A DNA stretch of 34,894 nucleotides from a virus (taxonomy: Duplodnaviria; Caudoviricetes), in IMG/VR virus record IMGVR_UViG_3300037183_000089, positions 1 to 34,894 of that record. One strand, written 5' to 3'. Below the pieces are notes generated by a model. The model worked only from the letters and a program-made list of their open reading frames with translations, searched no databases and had not been told where the DNA came from. A program made the translations under genes and the position numbers. Shown here in pieces: positions 7,910-14,849 of the stretch; the first letter of the stretch is position 1, and every line of letters starts with the position of its first letter.

Positions 7910-9593
7910 GAATCGCGCCTTTGTCTTCTGGCACGGCTTCTTTACCAGCGCCAATCCCTGCGCCAACCTGTTCCAGCTTTTTCAGGGTCCGGTGAGCTTT
8001 CTGCGCCTGAGTCAGCTTGATCGGGGACTTGGAGAAACCGGGTTTGGTCTGTGTCGTCCCGGCGCTGGGCTGAATCGTCGCCGTGGTTCCGCTGGAAGAG
8101 AGGGTCATGCCGGGGAAGCTTTCCGAGGACGTAGGGGAGAAGCCGAGCTGTAGGGCCTGCTTCTTACCGAGACCCGGAACGTGGCCCACGTTGTATTGCG
8201 CCAAGTAGCTAGCTGAGGGAGCTGGGTGGGGGCCGAGTCCTCCTGCGCCGCTATCGCCCACGCTCGTGCCCCAGTATTCGTTGCCGATCTTCATGAACGT
8301 GTGCTCACCGTTGTAGAAGACCGTCACGGCTCCGGGACCGGGCTTCAGAACCTCTCCCATCGACCCTGACGTGAGCGGGGTCTGGAGGATGCCCGCTTTG
8401 TTCAGCACCCAAGAGACAGCGCCTGAGCAGTCCAGGCCGGACGGAGCCGCTTCGATTGAGCCATGGCCACCGCCCCAGACATAAGGGATGTGGCGGCTTG
8501 CCAAGGCAGCTGCGGCCTTCTTGATCGCCTTGAATCGGGTTACGACCTTCTTGGGCGCCGGGCCAAGAGAAGTTGACCCTTTTACGTTCAGGCCAAGTTT
8601 TCGGGCCAAAACTTGACTTTGATGCAACTTGCGCTGCTGCGATGGCTTCAGTCCTCCACGTTCAGTTGCCTTGAGGATCGCATTGGCTTCAGGCTTCACT
8701 TCGTCATAGCGACCCCGGTACTGCTCGGCAGGGCGCTGGACGTTGGCGGCGAGTTCCCCAGCCGTAGCTCCACTCTGTTCTTTGGCCTCCGAGAAGAAGC
8801 GCCGAGCGCCAGCCTTGACGTTACGAGGGTTCGGATAGATCGAGGCTCGTTCCTGCCGCCAGCCCTGCGAGTCGGAAGTCCCGCCGGGAAGATTCTGGAA
8901 TCCCGACTCTACAAGTCCGGTCTCAGCCGCAGCGAGCTTCTCCTTACGAGTAGCTCCAGCCTTGACTCCCCGGCGCAGCACCATCCTGGCAACTTTCGAT
9001 TGCTGGGCAGTGAGGCCGGGGAGTGGTCCGGCGTGTTTGGCCGCTGCTGATTCTAGCCGCTTAAGAGTCCCAGCGGTCTTCCGAACAGCCGGTGTCGTCA
9101 CGTACCCCTTGCGATTCGTCCTGAGAAGTCCTTTGCTTTGCGCCGAGCGAAGTTCGTTGAGACTTGGCGTTCCTGCCGTCTTCGCCCCTTGGAACTTCGG
9201 AGGTTTGTAGCCCGGGACCCTTGGCTCCTTAACGCCGCGGACCCCGAGCGAAGCCAACTTAGCATGGCTCTCTGGAATGCGTGAGGTAGCCTCAGAAGCC
9301 CGCTGCTGCGTTCTGCGATGGAACTCTAGGGCTGAGGCCTGCTCGGCCTTTATGCGGCTTATACGGCGTTGCGAGGAACGCGTCTGTCTGACAGCTCTCT
9401 TGGCTTCAACGGGAGACAGGCCGCTGGTCGAGATCACCCGTCCTTCGTGGGACGTGACGACTTTCGGGGGCGCCGCCTTGACCTTCCGGGTTCCGCCTAT
9501 CGCTTTGCCAGGACCGGTCGAAGTCTTGCGTCGTTCGTTGACGACTGTCCCTCTGCCAGGGACTACATAGGTTTTCCCGGCTCGTAGGGGCAT
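7869..9593 (-). CDS. Peptidoglycan hydrolase: basic N-terminus, lysozyme-like domain and NlpC/P60 peptidase; probably virion-associated
   Basis: ETGLVESGFQNLPGGTSDSQGWRQER (transglycosylase-like with candidate catalytic Glu) and PYVWGGGHG...GLDCSGAVS...EHTFM (NlpC/P60 Cys-His). Confidence 0.85.
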   Translation of the reverse strand: MPLRAGKTYVVPGRGTVVNERRKTSTGPGKAIGGTRKVKAAPPKVVTSHEGRVISTSGLSPVEAKRAVRQTRSSQRRISRIKAEQASALEFHRRTQQRASEATSRIPESHAKLASLGVRGVKEPRVPGYKPPKFQGAKTAGTPSLNELRSAQSKGLLRTNRKGYVTTPAVRKTAGTLKRLESAAAKHAGPLPGLTAQQSKVARMVLRRGVKAGATRKEKLAAAETGLVESGFQNLPGGTSDSQGWRQERASIYPNPRNVKAGARRFFSEAKEQSGATAGELAANVQRPAEQYRGRYDEVKPEANAILKATERGGLKPSQQRKLHQSQVLARKLGLNVKGSTSLGPAPKKVVTRFKAIKKAAAALASRHIPYVWGGGHGSIEAAPSGLDCSGAVSWVLNKAGILQTPLTSGSMGEVLKPGPGAVTVFYNGEHTFMKIGNEYWGTSVGDSGAGGLGPHPAPSASYLAQYNVGHVPGLGKKQALQLGFSPTSSESFPGMTLSSSGTTATIQPSAGTTQTKPGFSKSPIKLTQAQKAHRTLKKLEQVGAGIGAGKEAVPEDKGAILKSLERTYGKAAV

Positions 9594-9778
9594 TAGCCTT
9601 CGACAGTCCGGGGATGCATCTCAGCTACGCAGTCGTCCCCTAGATCCGAGAAGCGATCCTCGAAAAGATCGACTACGACGTCCCTGCGCTCACTCAGCGG
9701 AGCATCCGGGGAAACGTCCATCGGGACCGTGAAAGTGATTACGGCGTTGACCCAACGCTCGGGGACCGTCCTAGCCAC
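9593..9778 (-). CDS. Hypothetical protein
   Basis: 61 aa; stop overlaps the next start (TAATG). Confidence 0.55.
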   Translation of the reverse strand: MARTVPERWVNAVITFTVPMDVSPDAPLSERRDVVVDLFEDRFSDLGDDCVAEMHPRTVEG

Positions 9779-9839
9779 GCTTGACCTTCTTCCGGCGCCG
9801 CTTGATCTTCCGGACGTGCTGGACGTGAGGGATCTTCAT
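9771..9839 (-). CDS. 22-aa highly basic peptide
   Basis: Manual translation MKIPHVQHVRKIKRRRKKVKRG; GAGG upstream; fills the operon gap. Confidence 0.45.
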   Translation of the reverse strand: MKIPHVQHVRKIKRRRKKVKRG

Positions 9840-9849
9840 CCCCGCCTCG

Positions 9850-10080
9850 TCAGCGATCCAGCGCTTCGCCCAAGCGGCGCCTCCAGCCGCTTTGACTCTG
9901 ACCAGCCTGTCTTGGGAGAGGCTCTTGCTGGGAATCGGATTCTCCTAGGATCGTGTCTGCCATCGTTTGACGAACTGCCTCGGGTTGGAAGAGAACAGCC
10001 AGCAACGCCTCTCGCTCACGCTTGTAGCGGTCGCGTTCCTCCTCGGCTCGTCTCCATAGATCCCAACCCCGGTCATTCAT
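9850..10080 (-). CDS. Hypothetical coiled-coil protein
   Basis: ATGA-coupled to the upstream gene. Confidence 0.6.
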   Translation of the reverse strand: MNDRGWDLWRRAEEERDRYKREREALLAVLFQPEAVRQTMADTILGESDSQQEPLPRQAGQSQSGWRRRLGEALDR

Positions 10081-10415
10081 CTCTGATTCTCGGCAAGCCT
10101 GCGCTTCGCCTCACGGCGTGCCTGGGCCATCGTCATAACCGGATCAGTCTTCGTTAGGACGAAGGATTCCGAGTAGATCCCCTTCGCCAGTTCCTCCACG
10201 TCCACGGCGTTATCAGGATCGCCATCGGGATTCTCTAGCTCCTCTTCCCTGGCGTTGCGTTTCTTTCTGGCCTTGGTCAGGCCTAGCTTTTCACGCACGT
10301 AGTCGGAAGTATTGAGGTTGGCTTCTCTCGCCTGTCGGTCTACCTGCTTCTTCTCCCAGGTGACGAGAGGGACGATGAGGCGCTCGTTGCGAAGGGCCTT
10401 AGCCACCCTGGCCAC
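10077..10415 (-). CDS. Ribbon-helix-helix (MobC-like) DNA-binding protein
   Basis: ERLIVPLVTWEKKQVDRQAREANLNTSDYVREKL; GGAG upstream. Confidence 0.7.
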   Translation of the reverse strand: MARVAKALRNERLIVPLVTWEKKQVDRQAREANLNTSDYVREKLGLTKARKKRNAREEELENPDGDPDNAVDVEELAKGIYSESFVLTKTDPVMTMAQARREAKRRLAENQR

Positions 10416-10746
10416 CTCCTACCTGCTCTATGGCGATCTGGAGGTCGGCGCGGGCTTCTGCTCGGAAACCCTCGTCCTCTCGGCCGTGCTTGGCAAGGTG
10501 TGCTTCGTAGGACTCCAGGTCCATCCCGACAGGCAAGGTGGTCGAATCGGCTCGACGCTGCGCGAGTACCTCGACGACCTCATCGGAGAGGAGGGCGGAG
10601 GCGGGGATGTAGGTTTCGTATTCGAAGTCGGCCAGCCGCGCCGAGCCAGCAATCATTAGCGCCGGTTTCGTGCGGTGACGACGATAGATCGTGACCTTCT
10701 CCCAGCCGCTCTCCGGCACCTTCGGACTGTCCTGGGCATCAGCCAC
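10399..10746 (-). CDS. Hypothetical protein
   Basis: 115 aa, overlapping neighbours in the operon. Confidence 0.6.
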   Translation of the reverse strand: MADAQDSPKVPESGWEKVTIYRRHRTKPALMIAGSARLADFEYETYIPASALLSDEVVEVLAQRRADSTTLPVGMDLESYEAHLAKHGREDEGFRAEARADLQIAIEQVGGGQGG

Positions 10747-10840
10747 GAAGGGTTTCCTTTGCCTGCAAGTAGAGCCTGCGGCCGAGGATGATCAGGAAGG
10801 CTACTCCGACTGCTGCAGGGATGATCAAGAGTGGGCTCAT
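10739..10840 (-). CDS. 33-aa single-TM peptide, leaderless
   Basis: Manual translation MSPLLIIPAAVGVAFLIILGRRLYLQAKETLRG; extended -10 TGcTAGCCT plus 6 nt then ATG. Confidence 0.6.
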   Translation of the reverse strand: MSPLLIIPAAVGVAFLIILGRRLYLQAKETLRG

Positions 10841-10849
10841 GCAACGAGG

Positions 10850-11053
10850 CTAGCAGATTGTGGACATATCTACGACCAGCTCCCAGAGACCGTCTTCGCG
10901 CTCTCGCCAGGTTCCAACGCTGATGGACTTGCCATCCTCGTTCTCGACCTCGACAAAGCCGCAGTGATGCGAGCCTGGGTTCGGGAAAGGACTGGGCGGG
11001 CCTGTCGTGACGATGCGAAGCTCTTTCACGGAAGCTTCGGCCAGTCCGTCCAA
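10850..11053 (-). CDS. Hypothetical protein
   Basis: FVEVENEDGKSISVGTWREREDGLWELV, a beta-rich small phage protein. Confidence 0.65.
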   Translation of the reverse strand: MDGLAEASVKELRIVTTGPPSPFPNPGSHHCGFVEVENEDGKSISVGTWREREDGLWELVVDMSTIC

Positions 11054-11253
11054 AGGCCGCTCCGAAGTTCTTCATTGCGCTGCCGAAGGAAGGTGAGGCG
11101 TTTCCCGTAAAACTCCATGCCCGCTGGGTCTACCTTCTTCTCTGCGTCGGACTTCAAGCTCCCGGCGACTTTCATTTGGCGGGAGACCAAATCTAGCTCC
11201 TGAAGATCAGCCATGCGGCCAAGAATGAATGCAAGCTCACGATCAGCCATCAT
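11026..11253 (-). CDS. Hypothetical protein
   Basis: ATGA-coupled to the RHH gene. Confidence 0.6.
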   Translation of the reverse strand: MMADRELAFILGRMADLQELDLVSRQMKVAGSLKSDAEKKVDPAGMEFYGKRLTFLRQRNEELRSGLWTDWPKLP

Positions 11254-11675
11254 GCCGTCCGGTAGGTCGTGGGCGTGACGATCAGCGCGTCTTTCATCGA
11301 ACGCGGCTCAATCTTCTCAAGCGGCTTGCCTTCCCGGACTAGCTTCCACTCTTCTCCGGACTTCCGCCTCGCCAAGATCCCAGGCCAGCGTTTCTGCTTG
11401 TCGCGGTGGAGTTCCGTGTTGCGCTCGTAGAGGAACTGGAGGAAGGTCTCTCGGGACGTATCGTCGGGAACCACAAAGTCTCGCGGGGTGCTGTCGCCCC
11501 CGGTAGTCAGCGCGAAGCTTCCGGTCTCGGCTTCCTCGTTGCTCGGCGTCGGGCCGACGAGAATGCAAGTCCTGGCGTAATCGCTGACCTTCATCCGGAA
11601 CTCCTCAGCCAGGAGTTCGGCCAGCTCCTTCTCCTCTTGTGTTACACGGACCTGTAGTACAGCGTCTCTTTTCAT
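11250..11675 (-). CDS. Ribbon-helix-helix (MobC-like) regulator, leaderless
   Basis: DAVLQVRVTQEEKELAELLAEEFRMKVSDYARTCIL; TACAGT plus 6 nt then ATG. Confidence 0.8.
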   Translation of the reverse strand: MKRDAVLQVRVTQEEKELAELLAEEFRMKVSDYARTCILVGPTPSNEEAETGSFALTTGGDSTPRDFVVPDDTSRETFLQFLYERNTELHRDKQKRWPGILARRKSGEEWKLVREGKPLEKIEPRSMKDALIVTPTTYRTA

Positions 11676-11681
11676 TAGCCG

Positions 11682-11709
11682 ACTGTATTACAGACCTCTT
11701 TGTATTACA
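11682..11709 (-). promoter_or_regulatory. Promoter with two TGTA-T-TACA palindromic boxes
   Basis: TGTATTACA at 11684-11692 and 11701-11709; the first overlaps the -10 box of the RHH gene. Confidence 0.7.
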
Positions 11710-11882
11710 AGGGCGCATTGTCCCTGGGCTTGTGCAAGACCGACGTATAAATAAATAACCAACACGCGCAACCACGACCACTCCCCCGCCCCCCCCTATG
11801 GCTTGCTAGAGCGGTTTGAGGACGATCAGCGCCCAGGCTTTGCACGTAATGACGCAGGCGTGAGAGAGGACCGCTGGCGCTC

Positions 11883-11925
11883 AGAAGCCCTGAGGACGGT
11901 ATGACCCGTTGCGCACAGGGCTTCT
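11883..11925. repeat. Inverted repeat with a 10-bp perfect stem
   Basis: AGAAGCCCTG (11883-11892) and CAGGGCTTCT (11916-11925), with an inner ACGG/CCGT pairing. Confidence 0.75.
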
Positions 11926-11946
11926 CAACGCCTAGCTAAGCCTAGC

Positions 11947-12096
11947 TCATCTGGCTCTGTAATGCGGGATACCGCGTGTATTACGTGGCTGGTACCGCGT
12001 CCAGGCTTGGAGCCTTAGGGCGCTAGCTGCACGTTCTTCGTCAGCCCAGCGCTTGAGGATCGCCTGCTTGCTCTCTTTAGCTGTCTCAGTGCTCAT
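11947..12096 (-). CDS. Possible 49-aa protein
   Basis: Manual translation MSTETAKESKQAILKRWADEERAASALRLQAW...; GAGAGG upstream. Confidence 0.4.
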   Translation of the reverse strand: MSTETAKESKQAILKRWADEERAASALRLQAWTRYQPRNTRGIPHYRAR

Positions 12097-12239
12097 GCTC
12101 AGATACCTCTCAGACGCTCTGTAAGCCGTTCTAACGGGAATTCAGGGTGCTTAGGTAGGTAGACCTTCGGAAGGTGGTTGGAAGGGCTTAGAGCTTGCTG
12201 TAGATGCATTTATGAAATAGCTAGAGAGCTTACGAAGGA

Positions 12240-12524
12240 TTAGCTACTTACCTTTAACGCTTCTCCTTCAGCTACTACCTTCCTAGCTCTAGCTATTTCT
12301 TCAGCTAGCTCTTCTGCTCTAAGCAGGATATTCTCGGCAAGTAGGGCGTCAGGGCCTTTGAAAGCCTCGTCGGAGAAGTTGCACCACGCTAGGAAGTCCC
12401 AGGTGCCACGCCGTTTGCGGCTCTCCAGGGCTTCATCCAAGGTCAGCTTGAAGTCGTCGGAGTCAACGTCGCTTTGTAGGGCGTTGACTAGGCAATCTAT
12501 GGCGCTCTGTCTCTCGTTATCCAT
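12240..12524 (-). CDS. Hypothetical protein, leaderless
   Basis: TAGGAT plus 7 nt then ATG; divergent from the plus-strand operon. Confidence 0.65.
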   Translation of the reverse strand: MDNERQSAIDCLVNALQSDVDSDDFKLTLDEALESRKRRGTWDFLAWCNFSDEAFKGPDALLAENILLRAEELAEEIARARKVVAEGEALKVSS

Positions 12525-12556
12525 AGCTTCAATCCTACCAGAAAACCGCTCTGTGT

Positions 12557-12594
12557 TTGACTTCTAGGGCTATAGGTGTAAGGTAGTACCTTAC
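12557..12594 (+). promoter_or_regulatory. Sigma70-type promoter with an overlapping palindromic operator
   Basis: TTGACT-N16-TAAGGT; GTAAGGTA-G-TACCTTAC at 12578-12594; GAGGAGG RBS downstream. Confidence 0.8.
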
Positions 12595-12621
12595 GTTAGC
12601 AACGCGAGGAGGACCGAAAAG

Positions 12622-12822
12622 ATGGCTGAGATAGCCGATTGCCTCGAAGAGGCGCTGGGCGGCCCGCAGTTCAAGCACGATGTGCGTGTCGTCTACGCGC
12701 GAACGCTTGAGGACAACCTGGTCGAGTTCGATGCCTGGCTCTCATTCCGGGGCGAGTTCGGCGAGGTTCTCGTCGCCTTCCGCAAAGCCTTCGGGACAGA
12801 TACCCGAGCCAATGAGAGCTGA
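12622..12822 (+). CDS. Hypothetical protein
   Basis: Strong RBS; first gene of the plus-strand operon. Confidence 0.7.
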   Translation: MAEIADCLEEALGGPQFKHDVRVVYARTLEDNLVEFDAWLSFRGEFGEVLVAFRKAFGTDTRANES

Positions 12823-12849
12823 CGCTAACAAGATCCGCGCTGAACTCTC

Positions 12850-13044
12850 ATGAGATCGCCAAAGCTGACAAGCGACGAGACATGGGCCGCTATGAGCGCG
12901 CTTGAGGCTGATATCGCTACACGCCGCAGCGCTGCCCTCAACGACCTGGGAGAACGAATCGAGGAAGGCCCGGACGCGATAGACGCCGAAGTCCCAGCGA
13001 TGGAACGCGCCCTAGAAAAGCTCAAGGCCGTCTTCTATGCCTGA
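12850..13044 (+). CDS. Hypothetical acidic helical protein
   Basis: In the operon; overlaps the next gene by 8 nt. Confidence 0.6.
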   Translation: MRSPKLTSDETWAAMSALEADIATRRSAALNDLGERIEEGPDAIDAEVPAMERALEKLKAVFYA

Positions 13045-13258
13045 GGACGCTAACCGCATACGAGCCGAACTGAGCCGCTGTGCCGCAGACCGCGTTCGTG
13101 CTCGCGGTGCAGGCGTGAAGGCCAAGAAGGAACTGCTTGAGTGGCTCTCGAAGGCTCACGAGCATCCTGAGGTCTCGAAGAGGGAATGCGCGCAGTTGCT
13201 TGGCTTGAAGCACCGAGAGACCGTCTACGAATTGCTAAAGGAGCGAGAGGATGGCTGA
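13037..13258 (+). CDS. Helix-turn-helix DNA-binding protein
   Basis: VSKRECAQLLGLKHRETVYELL HTH pattern. Confidence 0.75.
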   Translation: MPEDANRIRAELSRCAADRVRARGAGVKAKKELLEWLSKAHEHPEVSKRECAQLLGLKHRETVYELLKEREDG

Positions 13259-13409
13259 ACCACTTCTAGAGTTGTGCCCTCACTGCGGAGCGCACTTCAG
13301 GCCGCGTGAGGCCATCTTGCAACGAATCGCCCGGCTTGAAGCCGAACTCAAAGACGCCAACGTTTCTCGCAAGACCTCCACAGGCTCTTCTAAGCCCTCG
13401 AAAGGATAG
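13251..13409 (+). CDS. 52-aa protein with CPHC and coiled coil
   Basis: Manual translation MAEPLLELCPHCGAHFRPREAILQRIARLEAELKD...; AGGAG RBS. Confidence 0.6.
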   Translation: MAEPLLELCPHCGAHFRPREAILQRIARLEAELKDANVSRKTSTGSSKPSKG

Positions 13410-13414
13410 ACCTT

Positions 13415-13675
13415 ATGCCTGACACTGGAAAGACAACGAAAGCCATTAGGGAGGCCCCTGTAGCTCCTGAGAGCGTCTTCGAGGAACCGTACAGAGACCT
13501 ATATCCCGAGACAAAGCCTCGCTACACCGTCGAGCTGACAACTGAGGGATGGCAGATCAAGGACAACGCGAAGGGCACGATCCGCGCTGACGTTTACCCA
13601 AGCAAGCGCGAAGCTGAGGACGTAGTGAGGATGTTCGAGTCCGTCGATGAGGCCGAAGGACAAGGGAGGCGCTAG
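13415..13675 (+). CDS. Hypothetical protein
   Basis: AAGGA RBS; RYTVE...GWQIKD...YPSKREAE beta-alpha pattern. Confidence 0.7.
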   Translation: MPDTGKTTKAIREAPVAPESVFEEPYRDLYPETKPRYTVELTTEGWQIKDNAKGTIRADVYPSKREAEDVVRMFESVDEAEGQGRR

Positions 13676-13852
13676 ATGAACCAGTACGCCGTGAGAATCG
13701 CCGCTAGCGCCCACTGGAGCGCAGCGCGCCGCACGATCAGGGTTTGGGCCGATAGCGCCGATAACGCTCGCGCAGAGGCGCTGCGGCACCGAGTGGCTAA
13801 GCAATTCCAGACTCCGGTAGTCGTCTATACCCGAAAGGTATCTTTCAAATGA
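13676..13852 (+). CDS. 58-aa hypothetical protein
   Basis: Manual translation MNQYAVRIAASAHWSAARRTIRVWADSADNARAEAL...; GGAGG RBS. Confidence 0.65.
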   Translation: MNQYAVRIAASAHWSAARRTIRVWADSADNARAEALRHRVAKQFQTPVVVYTRKVSFK

Positions 13853-13920
13853 ACCGCTCAGACGCTCTAGGCATCCTTCTCGGAGCCGTTGTGATCTTCG
13901 TCCTGGTTCACTGGATATGA
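13849..13920 (+). CDS. 23-aa single-TM peptide
   Basis: MNRSDALGILLGAVVIFVLVHWI; ATGA overlaps at both ends. Confidence 0.6.
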   Translation: MNRSDALGILLGAVVIFVLVHWI

Positions 13921-14165
13921 ATCGCCTGCAACGCTGGAAAGCAAACCGAAGAGTTATCCAGAGCACCGAAGGCTGGGTAGAAGTACCGGGCTGGTGGTCG
14001 CCTACCCAGCGGGCTGGAGCGAAGGCTGCGCTCAGAATGTGGGAATGCAACCGCAGTTATGCACGAATGCAAGGCGAGACGAGACGCTGCCCCCGCTTCC
14101 ACCAGCGCCACGCTACTAGCCCTCAAGCTCCTCAGCCTCTCCCTCAAGCTCTTCGCCCGGCATAA
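13917..14165 (+). CDS. Hypothetical protein
   Basis: ATGA-coupled; the 3' end overlaps the convergent terS by 50 nt. Confidence 0.55.
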   Translation: MNRLQRWKANRRVIQSTEGWVEVPGWWSPTQRAGAKAALRMWECNRSYARMQGETRRCPRFHQRHATSPQAPQPLPQALRPA

Positions 14166-14631
14166 CCACTTTGACCCCGAACTTGCGCTCCAGGTTGATC
14201 TGGATCTGAATCGGGTTCGCAGTCTGCGGGACAATGGGATCAGCGTCGAGCATCTGGCCCTTGTCGGTGTGAATCGCTGAGCCTAGCCCAGCTTTGCCCT
14301 TCAGGGCCAGCAGCGCCTCTGGCTTAAGTTCATCAGCTTCCATCTGAGTCTCAAGGCGATCCGTAGCTTTCGCCTCAAGCTCAAGGTCTCTGATCGCTGC
14401 GGCGTGGTGTTTGTCTGCAAGGAATTCCTTGACGTGCTCGGCCTGCTTGATCCGAGCCTCGCGATACATGCCAGGGTGCTCGACACGCGCCCACTTCTTG
14501 AGGCGGTCTATCGAGACAGGCCGTCCTTCTTCCTCCAACTGCTTGCAGGTAGGGGCTAGCGCGCCTGCGTTAGCGGCCAGAGCCTCTAGGGCTACCTGGA
14601 CCTCGGGGGCGCGGTCTAGGCTAGTTCCCAT
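14116..14631 (-). CDS. terS: Probable terminase small subunit
   Basis: N-terminal HTH (APTCKQL...VSIDRLKKWA), long helices, AIHTDKGQMLDADP resembling the GI..DK..LL.G.P motif, and a C-terminal IQIQIN strand. Confidence 0.65.
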   Translation of the reverse strand: MGTSLDRAPEVQVALEALAANAGALAPTCKQLEEEGRPVSIDRLKKWARVEHPGMYREARIKQAEHVKEFLADKHHAAAIRDLELEAKATDRLETQMEADELKPEALLALKGKAGLGSAIHTDKGQMLDADPIVPQTANPIQIQINLERKFGVKVVMPGEELEGEAEELEG

Positions 14632-14827
14632 AGAACTTACGCTTCCAGCGAGACTGAGCGTCGTTCATCCAACGGCTCAACTCATCTTCGCTCGCCTTGA
14701 ACACTACGGGCTCTACCCAGCGTCCCATCCATCGCGCGGGCCACTCCCAGGTTGCTTGAGCCAGATCAGGAGTTGCATTCCAGCCAACGATCTTTGAACG
14801 TCCGCCCAGGTCAAACGTGATCTTCAT
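14621..14827 (-). CDS. Hypothetical Trp-rich protein, leaderless
   Basis: TAGGAT plus 7 nt then ATG 14827. Confidence 0.6.
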   Translation of the reverse strand: MKITFDLGGRSKIVGWNATPDLAQATWEWPARWMGRWVEPVVFKASEDELSRWMNDAQSRWKRKFYGN

Positions 14828-14849
14828 GGCCACGATCCTATCTCAAGAA

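Noticed and set aside
12109-13868. 12-bp repeat CTCAGACGCTCT at 12109 and 13857
   Set aside because: Only two copies with no shared context; compatible with chance and not att-like.
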